Below are positions 10,700 through 20,981 of a stretch of DNA of 64,000 nucleotides, one piece after another. The first letter of the stretch is position 1. The number at the start of each line of letters is the position of its first letter. The DNA is from Rebecca billardiae RCC1528 (taxonomy: Eukaryota > Protista > Haptophyta): positions 558,001 to 622,000 of the forward strand of contig OZ251246.1 of assembly GCA_965240325.2 (NCBI GenBank), read 5' to 3'. Below the pieces are notes generated by a model. It ran no database searches and was not told the origin of the DNA. It saw nothing but the letters and a program-made list of their open reading frames with translations. The translations under genes were made by a program, and so were the position numbers.

Positions 10700-13540
10700 C
10701 GCTTGAACGGCCTGGGCAATGGCGCGCCAAACGCAGCGACCTGGCCCATCGCGCCCGCCGCGATGGGGTCGCTGGCACCTGATGATGCTGCACCCGCGCC
10801 CATCCGGGCCGCCAACACCAGCGGCAGCCACGCTCGAGTCTGCACTGCATGCGGCAGCAGCTGCTGGAATGGTCCCGCGGCGGATGACGGCTTTCGCCGC
10901 AGATGACAGCTCGGTGTCGCTCGCTCGAGGGGCCTCGTCGATGGACGCGCCGAGCGCGGTGACGTTACTCCACACGACCACGGCACTGCCCAGCGCGCTG
11001 GAGCCGCTGCCATCTGGTGCTGCTGTGCCCGCGCCCAGCTGGGGCCCAGCTGCAGCTGCACTTGACTCCGCGCCGCATTGGCTGCAGCAGCAGGGATGGT
11101 GCCACGGCGGGCGGCGTGGGTCGGCGCAGCTGTCAGCTCGGCGGTGCGCGCCCGAGGGGCCCGGGCATTGGTTGCACCGAGCGCGGTGTCACTGCTCGCC
11201 TCCCGCAGCGCGCTGGAGCCGCTGCCATCCGACGCTGCTGCGCCCGCGCCAAGCTTGGGCAGCAGCGGCTGCGCTAGACTCCGCGCCGCGTGCGGCAGCA
11301 GCAGCAGGGATGGTGCCACGGTGGGCGGCGGCGGTCGCTGGAGCTGAAAGCTCGGCTGTGTGCGCCCGAGGGGCCTGGGCGGTGGGCGCACCGAACGCGG
11401 CGCCGCTGCTCGCCTCGCCCATGGCGCTCGAGCCGCTGCCATCCGACGCTGCTGCGCCCGCGCCAAGCTTGGGCAGCAGCGGCTGCGCTCGACTCCGCGC
11501 CGAGTGCGGCGGCAGCAGCAGGGATGGTGCCACGGCGGGCGGCGTGGGTCGCTGGAGCTGAAAGCTCGGCAGTGTGCGCCCGAGGGGCGTGGGCGCTGGA
11601 CGCACCGAGCGCGGTGCCGCTGCTCGCCTCGCCCATGGCGCTCGAGCCGCTGCCATCCGGTGCTGGTGCGCCCACGCCCAGCTGGGGCAGCAGCAGCAGC
11701 GGCGCTCGACTCCGCGCCGCGTGCGGCAGCAGCAGCAGGGATGGTGCCACTGTGGGCGGCGGCGGTCGCTGGAGCTGAAAGCTCGGCTGTGTGCGCCCGA
11801 GGGGCCTGGGCGGTGGGCGCACCGAGCGCGGTGCCGCTGCTCGCCTCGCCCATGGCGCTCGAGCCGCTGCCATCCGACGCTGCTGCGCACGCGCCAAGCT
11901 TGGGCAGCAGCGGCTGCGCTCGACTCCGCGCCGCGTGCGGCAGCAGCAGCAGGGATGGTGCCACGGCGGGCGGCGGCGGTCGCTGGAGCTGAAAGCTCGG
12001 CTGTGTGCGCCCGAGGGGCCTGGGCGGTGGGCGCACCGAGCGCGGTGCCGCTGCTCGCCTCGCCCATGGCGCTCGAGCCGCTGCCATCCGACGCTGCTGC
12101 GCACGCGCCAAGCTTGGGCAGCAGCGGCTGCGCTCGACTCCGCGCCGCGTGCGGCAGCAGCAGCAGGGATGGTGCCACGGCGGGCGGCGGCGGTCGCTGG
12201 AGCTGAAAGCTCGGCTGTGTGCGCCCGAGGGGCCTGGGCGGTGGGCGCACCGAACGCGGTGCCGCTGCTCGCCTCGCCCATGGCGCTCGAGCCGCTGCCA
12301 TCCGACGCTGCTGCGCACGCGCCAAGCTTGGGCAGCAGCGGCTGCGCTCGACTCCGCGCCGCGTGCGGCAGCAGCAGCAGGGATGGTGCCACGGCGGGCG
12401 GCGGCGGTCGCTGGAGCTGAAAGCTCGGCTGTGTGCGCCCGAGGGGCCTGGGCGGTGGGCGCACCGAACGCGGTGCCGCTGCTCGCCTCGCCCATGGCGC
12501 TCGAGCCGCTGCCATCCGACGCTGCTGCGCCCGCGCCCAGCTTGGGCAGCAGCGGCTGCGCTCGACTCCGCGCCGCGTGCGGCAGCAGCAGCAGGGATGG
12601 TGCCACGGCGGGCGGCGGCGGTCGCTGGAGCTGAAAGCTCGGCGGTGTGCGCCCGAGGGGCCTGGTCGTTGGACGCACCGAGCGCGGTGTCCCCGCTGGC
12701 CTCCCGCAGCGCGCTCGAGCCGCTGCCATCCGATGCTGCTGCACCCGCGCCCAGCTTTGGCAGCAGCAGCCGCGCCTGACTCCGCGCCGCGTGCGGCGGC
12801 AGCAGCAGGGATGGTGCCACGGCGGGCGGCGGCGGTCGACGCAGCTGGAAGCTCGGCAGCGCACGCCCGAGGAGCCTGGGCGCTGGGCGCACAGAACGCA
12901 GTGCCGCTGCTCGCCTCGCCCATGGCGCTGGAGCCGCTGCCATCCGACGCTGCTGCGCCCGCGCCCAGCTTGGGCAGCAGCGGCTGCGCTCGACTCCGCA
13001 CCGCGTGCGGCAGCAGCAGCAGGGATGGTGCCACGGCGGGCGGCGGTGGTTGCTGCAGCCGGCAGCTCGGCGGTGCACGCCCGAGGGGCGTGGGCGCTGG
13101 ACGCACCGAGCGCGGTGCCGCTGCTCGCCTCGCCCATAGCGCTGGAGCCGCTGCCATCCGGTGCTGCTGCGCCCGCGCCCGGCCAGGGCAGCAGCAGCAG
13201 CGCTCGACTCCGCGCCGCGTGCGGCAGCAGCAGCAGGGATGGTGCCACGGCGGGCGGCCGCAACAGCTGAAAGCTTGGCAGTGCCCACCCGAGAGGCGTG
13301 GGCGCTGGACGCACCGAGCGCGGTGTAGCCGCTCGCCTCGTTCCGTAGCGCGCTCGAGCCTCTGCCATCCGATGCCGCTGCGCCCGCGCCCCGGCGCCGC
13401 TGCACGGCTGCAGCTGGCAGGCCTGGCAGCAGCTGCGCTCCGGAGGCTTCGCGCCGCATGCGGTGGTAGCAGCAGGGAGGTGCCACGGCCAGGCTGGCGG
13501 CGGTGGTCGGGCGGTGCTGGGTGCTGCTTGGCACGCGCGC
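10700..13540 (+). repeat. Tandem array of a 214-bp GC-rich unit (~13 copies, degenerate at the edges)
   Basis: Identical ORF starts recur at 11791, 12005, 12219, 12433, 12647 (period 214). The unit is not a multiple of 3. Confidence 0.95.
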
Positions 13541-13557
13541 CGACCGGTCGTCGTTAA

Positions 13558-13559
<2 letters not shown>

Positions 13560-13622
<63 letters not shown>
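13560..13622. repeat. (TA)n microsatellite near the centre of the foldback element
   Basis: Direct reading. Confidence 0.98.
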
Positions 13623-13623
<1 letters not shown>

Positions 13624-14399
13624 GTTATTGGTATACGTACTCTACTACAGTACTGCTACGGTCCCGGCGTAAGAGTATAGACTGCTGACCAGCTGACCGT
13701 GACCGTGTCGCGCCGGAGTGTACGTAGCACGGTGATGACGCCAGCAGTCGAGCTGCTACTGCTGCTGCTCACTACTGCTGCTCTTACATTGATGAGTTAG
13801 CTACTACTAACTTACACTGTGAGCCGCCAGGCCCAGCACAACTTGTCGTCGACAGTCCGGACGCGGACGGCGAGACCATCACATCACTGATAAGTGACTA
13901 GCTACGCGAGTCAGTCTGTGACGGCGGACAGACGACAACACCGCCGCCAGGGTACCGATCCGGATAGACCGCTAGGTGGAGTAAGTAGAGTCACTTATAT
14001 ACGCACATTCTGACGGCAGAGTGTCGGACAGCCGCCGCCCCGGGGCTGGCTGATGCATCGTCGTAGTCGGAGTACCGCTCTGAACGGCTAGTCGGAGATT
14101 GACGATGACGATTCGAGATATATGCTCGGTGCCGTAGTACGCGTGTATATATATATAATTTAAAGATAGTCGTAGTTCTTACGTACTCGTCTAGGCGGAT
14201 GCTGATGTAGTGATGACGATGCATGATGCTGCTGATAACTTCTGCATCGCCTACCTGCCGGGCTACGACTGGTCTGCGCCGCCGGCCTTATGAATATGAG
14301 CTGACCGGCATTGGCCCGCCCCGGAACCTGCTGGCGGCTCGGCTCGCAGCACGGGACAGAAGAAGTGTCGTAGCGACAGCTCCGGGGGCTGGCCAGCGC

Positions 14400-16450
14400 G
14401 CCTGACGCGTGCATCAGCGTCACTGCATTGCGCGCGTCTGCCGCCCAGGCCCCTCGCGCGTGCAGCACCGAGCTGCTAGCTGCATGCACCGCCGCCCGCC
14501 CGCCGTGGCGCCATCCCTGATGCTGCAGCCGCACTCGGCGCGACAGGGCGCGGGCGCGGCAGCATCGGATGGCAGCGGCTCGAGCGCGCCGGGCGAGGCG
14601 AGAGGCGTCAGCGCGCTCAATGCACCCACCGCCCAGGCCCCTCAGGCGCACACCGCTGAGCTTTCAGCTCTAGCGACCGTCGTCGCCCACCGCAGCACCA
14701 TCCCTGCTGCTGCCGCCGCACGCGGCGCGGAGTCGAGCGCAGCCGCTGCTGCCCAAGCTGGGCGCGGGCGCAGCAGCGTCGGATGGCAGCGGCTCCAGCG
14801 CCATGGGCGAGGCGAGCAGCGGCACCGCGTTCGGTGCGCCCACCGCCCAGGCCCCTCGGGCGCGCACCGCCGAGCTCTCAGCTCAAGCGACCGTCGTCGC
14901 CCACCGTAGCACCATCCCTGCTGCTGCCGCCGCACTCTGCGCGGAGTCGAGCGCAGCCGCTGCTGCCCAAGCTGGGCGCGGGCGCAGCAGCGTCGGATGG
15001 CAGCGGCTCGAGCGCCGTGGGCGAGGCGAGAGGCGGCACCGCGTCGGTGCGCCCACCACCCAGGCCCCTCGGGCGCGCACCGCCGAGCTTTCAGCTCTAG
15101 CGACCGTCGTCGCCCACCGTAGCACCATCCCTGCTGCTGCCGCCGCACTCTGCGCGGAGTCGAGCGCAGCCGCTGCTGCCCAAGCTTGGCGCGTGCGCAG
15201 CAGCGTCGGATGGCAGCGGCTCGAGCGCCATGGGCGAGGCGAGCAGCGGCACCGCGTTCGGTGCGCCCACCGCCAAGGCCCCTCGGGCGCACACCGCCGA
15301 GCTTTCAGCTCAAGCGACCGTCGTCGCCCACCGTAGCACCATCCCTGCTGCTGCCGCCGCACTCTGCGCGGAGTCGAGCGCAGCCGCTGCTGCCCAAGCT
15401 GGGCGCGGGCGCAGCAGCGTCGGATGGCAGCGGCTTCAGCGCCATGGGCGAGGCGAGCAGCGGCACCGCGTTCGGTGCGCCCACCGCCCAGGCCCCTCGG
15501 GCGCGCACCGCCGAGCTTGCAGCTCTAGCGACCGTCGTCGCCCACCGTAGCACCATCCCTGCTGCTGCCGCCGCACTCTGCGCGGAGTCGAGCGCAGCCG
15601 CTGCTGCCCAAGCTGGGCGCGGGCGCAGCAGCGTCGGATGGCAGCGGCTCGAGCGCCATGGGCGAGGCGAGCAGCGGCACCGCGTCGGTGCGCCCACCAC
15701 CCAGGCCCCTCGGGCGCGCACCGCCGAGCTTTCAGCTCTAGCGACCGTCGTCGCCCACCGTAGCACCATCCCTGCTGCTGCCGCCGCACTCTGCGCGGAG
15801 TCGAGCGCAGCCGCTGCTGCCCAAGCTGGGCGCGGGCGCAGCAGCGTCGGATGGCAGCGGCTCGAGCGCCATGGGCGAGGCGAGCAGCGGCACCGCGTTC
15901 GGTGCGCCCACCGCCCAGGCCCCTCGGGCGCACACCGCCGAGCTTTCAGCTCTAGCGACCGTCGTCGCCCACCGTAGCACCATCCCTGCTGCTGCCGCCG
16001 CACTCTGCGCGGAGTCGAGCGCAGCCGCTGCTGCGCAAGCTGGGCGCGGGCGCAGCAGCGTCGGATGGCAGCGGCTCCAGCGCCATGGGCGAGGCGAGCA
16101 GCGGCACCGCGTTCGGTGCGCCCACCGCCCAGGCCCCTCGGGCGTGCACCGCCGAGCCGACAGCTCCGTCGACCGCCGCCGGCCGCCGTGGCACCATCCC
16201 TGCTGCTGCCACGGCACGCGGCGCGGAGTTGAGCGCAGCTGCTGCTGTCCAAGCTGGGCGCGGGCACAGTAGTGCTCGAGGCAGCGGCTCCAGCGCGCTT
16301 GGCAGTGCCGTGGGCGCATCGAGCAGCGTCACCACGCTCGGCGCGTCCGTCGTCCAGGCCCTTCGAACCAGTGACACCAAGCTGTCAGCCGCGGCGACCG
16401 CCGTCATCCGTGCAGGACCATCCCAGCGGCCCAGCTGCTGCTGCCGCGTG
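14400..16450 (-). repeat. Inverted tandem array of the same ~213-214-bp unit (~9-10 copies)
   Basis: Reverse complement of the 10700-13540 unit, with arm-specific variants. Confidence 0.95.
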
Positions 16451-18265
16451 CAGCATAGAGTAGAGCGCCCCTCAGCCTGCCGGCAGAGTGGGGCGCAGGT
16501 GTTTGAAGCAGCACCCGGCGGTTGGTCCTGCGCTCCTGGGCACGGCTATGTACCTGTTGGTCTCATGAATGCGGGGGAATGCCAGCGCTCGCCACGCGTG
16601 CTCAGCCTCTCAGCCTCGCAAAGCAGAGGAGCACTTCATCTGCGAGCTCACACAGCTGTGCCGCTGCCGTCTCCTTGCTGTGACGCGCAGAGCAAGTCGA
16701 GGAGTGTCTGGCGACCACCGGTGCCAGTGCTGCGCCGACAGGTAGATGCCCACCACCCGGCCGCGCCCGTAGCATGGGCGATGGTGAGATGAGTGGCAGC
16801 ACAGCGCACAGCTACGAGCAAGGTTGATGTGCGACGGTGTGGAGGCACGCGTGCTCGCGGCATGCTCCGAGCCCCGTGCTGCGTGCCCCCTGCTGCTTCT
16901 CGCCCTTGGTCGTCTCCTCGTCGATGCCCTCCTCCCCCGTACGCGTGAGCTCCGCGACGCCATCGGGCCAGCCTACCAACGAACAGTGGGCGTGGCGCCC
17001 TGCTGACGGCTGGCTGCCATCGCAAGCCATGCACGCCTGCACACGGCAACAGGGCCGTTTGCGCCCTGTTGCCGTGTGCACGGCCACAGCGGGCCGGTGC
17101 ACACGGCAACAGCAGTGCGAAACCCCCTGAGGGTGACCCCTTTTGCGCCCCAGTGTGCACACGACAACAGGGCGCAAACGCCCCTGTTGCCGTGTGCAGT
17201 CGCCAGTGGCAAACGCCAGACCTTACTGGCCATGCAGCCGTCGCCGCCTGCGCCGTCGGAAAATTCGTTCAGCAGAGTTTTTTGGGTGCAGCGACGACCG
17301 ACGATGACGTTCGTACAGTAATCGTAGTTCATTCACTCGTTCGGCTGCAGGAAGTCCGAAGTCCCAGGAAGCTGCGACGCGCGCCGACCGGCTGCCGACG
17401 CGACGGGCTCACGCCGTCACACGGCCGGATCGGCTGTCGGCAATGCACGAGGAATGGGTAGTGGAGGAGGCCAGCAGCCATGCGAGCTTTTGCGAGGACA
17501 CTCCCTCATTGAAGGTGGTGTTGGCATCACCGCCGGTGCATCATGCTCGTGGCGTCACGTGCGTGCCCGACGTCCCTCGCACAACATACCAAACGCGATC
17601 AGACGCACCGCCGCCGAGGTGGCGCTGTTTTGCATGCGGTCCATTTCGGATACTCCAGCGCGTGCTGCGAAACCGCAGATGGCGACGATTATGGAGGAAG
17701 ACCAAGAAAACACGTCGCGTGAACATGGGCTTGGCAGAAAGCAAAACACGGCGGCAAAAGTTGCAGCCGCCTGCACCGAAGAAGCAGGCCCTGCGATACG
17801 GACACGGCAAGACATGTGGATCCATCAAGAGCCACGCAGCAGTCGGGCGGAAGACAGCACATGCGTCCTCGAACGTTGCACCGTCCAGCTCCGACGCATG
17901 CAGGAACCAACCGGTGGGTATCGTCGGCTCATCATCAGCGCCGGCGGCTGCGTCTTCCGGCTCTGCCTGGTCCAACTTTGTGATGTGGAGGAGGAGATTA
18001 CTCTGATGGACGATATCGAACTGACGATTGCACGAAGCTGTGGTGATGAGGAGTTGGCGATACGCATCACGCTCTTAGCATGCTTTTAGTTTCAGTTGCT
18101 GTCTGTCAGCCACGCTGTCGCCGCGCTCTTCGGAGAGCGTGCGATGAAGGCCCGCGTAGAGTCGGGGGCCCGCCCGCCGCCGCCCGGCAACCTGCCTCAC
18201 CTTGAGCCTTACGCACGTTAAAACAAATATATAATTATTATATAATAAACTGCGTAGTAGCAGCA

Positions 18266-18718
18266 GTAGTACTAACCTCGGCGAGTCCAACTACTACTAA
18301 CTTCGGCGAGTCCAACTACTACTGCTACCAATTTCGGCGAGTCCAACTACTACTAACTTCGGCGAGTCCAACTACTACTAACTTCGGCGAGTCCAACTAT
18401 ACTACTAACTTCGGCGAGTCCAACTACTACTAACTTCGGGGAGTCCAACTACTACTACTAACTTCGGCGAGTCCAACTACTACTAACTTCGGCGAGTCCA
18501 ACTACTACTAACTTCGGCGAGTCCAACTACTACTAACTTCGGGGAGTCCAAGTACTACTAACTTCGGCGAGTCCAACTACTACTAACTTCGGCGAGTCCA
18601 ACTACCACTAACTCAGGCGAGTCCAACTACTACTAACTGCGGCGAGTCCAACTACTACCAACTTCGGCGAGTCCAACTACTACTAACTCAGGCAAGTCCA
18701 ACTACTACTAACTTCGGC
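18266..18718. repeat. 25-bp minisatellite (CTACTACTAACTTCGGCGAGTCCAA)n, ~18 copies
   Basis: Head-to-tail units with period 25 (tactaacttc at 18481, 18506, 18531). No spacers. Confidence 0.95.
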
Positions 18719-20221
18719 CACAACATCATCCACCAGCTGCTGACCAAGAACAGGCTACACCATCGTCCACCACGACCTGCCACTGACCAAGTAGGCGACG
18801 ACATCATCCGCACCAGCTGCTGACCAAGTAGGGGACGGCCTGGCCGACGCCAACATGCTCACTCGCCTTTGATTTCGTACCCATACACTTCCTGGTGGGC
18901 CTGACGACGTCCGGACGACGACAACAACGACATCCGCCATGGGGACCAACATCATCGCGCTCACACCACTGCAACTGCTGCAAGCTTCGACCAGTACCAC
19001 TACAGACGAATCAGGAGAGCTGCGCCCTCGTGCCTGTGTCTTTAAATCATAGAATTAGTACAGATTAATGGCCCTCGCCCGGAGCCCGCGCCGCTGCGGC
19101 CTGCCCGCCAAGGCCGAGCGCGGCTCGCGAGCTGCCAGAGGCAGAGCCAGAGTCGTAACGGTCAACCTGCTGTCGCGCGTCAGCAAGTAATGAGTCACCA
19201 TCGTAATATTCATGCAGAGTCCACTATCCGCACTCGCAGGCACGCAGAACGTATGTTATACGGTATTAAGTAATGTGACCGAATATACTCGATGATGCAC
19301 GATGATGACGCGGATAGATGTATCATGTATGCGTCGTCAGCCGCCATCGTCGGCTACATATATATATGACGAGGCACCGGATAGTGCCCGGAGGCGGCGC
19401 CGCCGGGTGCTGCGCCGCTGCCGCGGCGCGGGCCTTCGATCATTCTCGTCTCAAGATCGACCGGTCTAGTGTCAAAAAAGTGTCATGGCTGACGAACGAT
19501 CGGACTGGCAAGTGCGCTGCTGCCTGTTGCCGCACGACGGCGCCAAGCACAGAGGGCGCCACGTCAGGCATCACGGGTGCGTCCAGTAACCGGTCCACGG
19601 CAGCGCGTATCTGCACATGTACAGGACGGTGTCGACTGTCGTCCTCGCGTAGGGCAGATGGGCACTCGGCGGCTCGCAATCTCGGGGCGGTAGATGCGTC
19701 AATCTCGCCTGCCTGAGCTGTGTGCGTCTCCTGTATTCTAGTGCGCCCCTGCCCATAACTAGCCCAGATCCACAGCACCTGTGCCTGAGGCCCCGCCCCT
19801 GCGCAAGGCTGCCAGGCTGTGCCAGCGCCGCATACCGGGTGCGGAGCAAGCGGCACAGCTGCAGCTCCTCACTCACCAGCGTGACGACGCTTCGCTCGCA
19901 CGGTCGCACCCGGCGTACAGGCAAAGCCTGCCTGGGAGCAGCCCGCCGGGGTCGACCTCGGGCAGCAGCCATACATGCAGGCCAGCACGAGCGGCGGGGT
20001 GGCACCAGTGCCGGCCCCAGCCCGCAAGCGCAAACAGCCGGACGCCCCGGCCCCCGCAGCTGGTGAGACAGCGGACCGCCTCCGGGCAACAGAACCCTGC
20101 CGCCGGCTTTGAGACCGACACGCCACACAGGGGGCCCATATCCCCTGAGGGCCAGGCCTTCTGTGTGATATGCTACCCCAGTCATGACGCTTGATACACG
20201 CCTTCCCTAACCGACAGTGGG

Positions 20222-20512
20222 GCTCCACATTGAGTACATTCCATGGCTACTAACATGGCTCATCCGACATCCTGCCCCGGGCGTGCTGTCGCATCGGCGC
20301 CCAGTCGGAGAGTTCGGACGACGACGTTTTGTGGACGACGGTGGGGCGAGGGCGACGGGCGCTGGCGCGCCGCGAGGCGGCCGCAGCCCTCATCCAGGCC
20401 TCGCAGGCGGGCGGCTGAATGAATCTTCCGACGGCGCCACCATCGGCGACGACGGCTTCGTGGGCGGTGACAGTTGGCGGGCGTCAATCTCTGCGCGTCT
20501 CTTTTTCTTAGT
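20222..20512 (+). repeat. Long partial copy of the dispersed MITE-like family
   Basis: Aligns by eye with ~55710-56020 (gttcggacgacgacgttttgtggacgacggtggggcgagg...ggcggtgacagttggcgggcgtcaatctc). Confidence 0.8.
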
Positions 20513-20525
20513 ACCCCATCCCGTA

Positions 20526-20705
20526 CAGTTTACTATGTTTTAACGTGCACACTTGCTTTAAGGCGTGATTATGGTAAACTGTCCAGAATAGGTGGACGGT
20601 ATGATAGTACTACTACCATCGGCGACGGCTTCATGGGCGGTGACAGTTGGCGGGCGTCAATCTCGCCTGCCTGAGCTGTGTGCGTCTCTTATTCTTAGTA
20701 AACTG
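20526..20705. mobile_element. 180-bp Tc1/mariner-type MITE (complete copy of the dispersed family)
   Basis: Perfect 10-bp TIR CAGTTTACTA (20526-20535) / TAGTAAACTG (20696-20705), with TA on both sides. Confidence 0.7.
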
Positions 20706-20981
20706 TACTTTACTTTTGTCGTAGGCAGTGAGTTTAGGGTTGCCTCTCTGATTAATACTAGCTTCTGGTCTGGCTTGTGGACAAGCTTTGCCGAACCGAG
20801 TTCTGAGTTATGAGTACTTGAGTAGCCTTGCCGAACCGAGTTCTGAGTATCACACGAGTATGATTGTTGGCGGCGGTTGGCATCTTGGCGCTCCACCTGC
20901 CGGCTGCGCACCCGCTTTAGTTACCACCGCCCTTGTAGTTCACGTAGGCACCGGCTCCCGGGCTGGGCGAGTACGCTGTGA

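Larger units (their letters stand above)
9874..17229. mobile_element. Non-autonomous foldback-type DNA element, 7.36 kb, with ~580-bp terminal inverted repeats and mirrored internal tandem arrays
   Basis: 9874-~10455 is the near-perfect reverse complement of ~16646-17229 (termini CCAGCCAGGTTTGGCG / CCAGTAAGGTCTGGCG). CCATG is duplicated at 9869-9873 and 17230-17234. It splits a copy of the dispersed MITE repeat. No transposase ORF. Confidence 0.88.

Noticed and set aside
10681-16792. Long ORFs (up to 895 aa) across the 214-bp arrays
   Set aside because: The unit is not divisible by 3, so all frames cycle through the same peptides. Artefact of GC-rich repeats.
17443-18089. Overlapping ~190-210-aa ORFs
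   Set aside because: No recognisable motifs, weak GC3 bias, frame ambiguous.
18266-18718. CRISPR-like array
   Set aside because: Units are contiguous with no unique spacers, no cas genes are present, and the context is eukaryotic.
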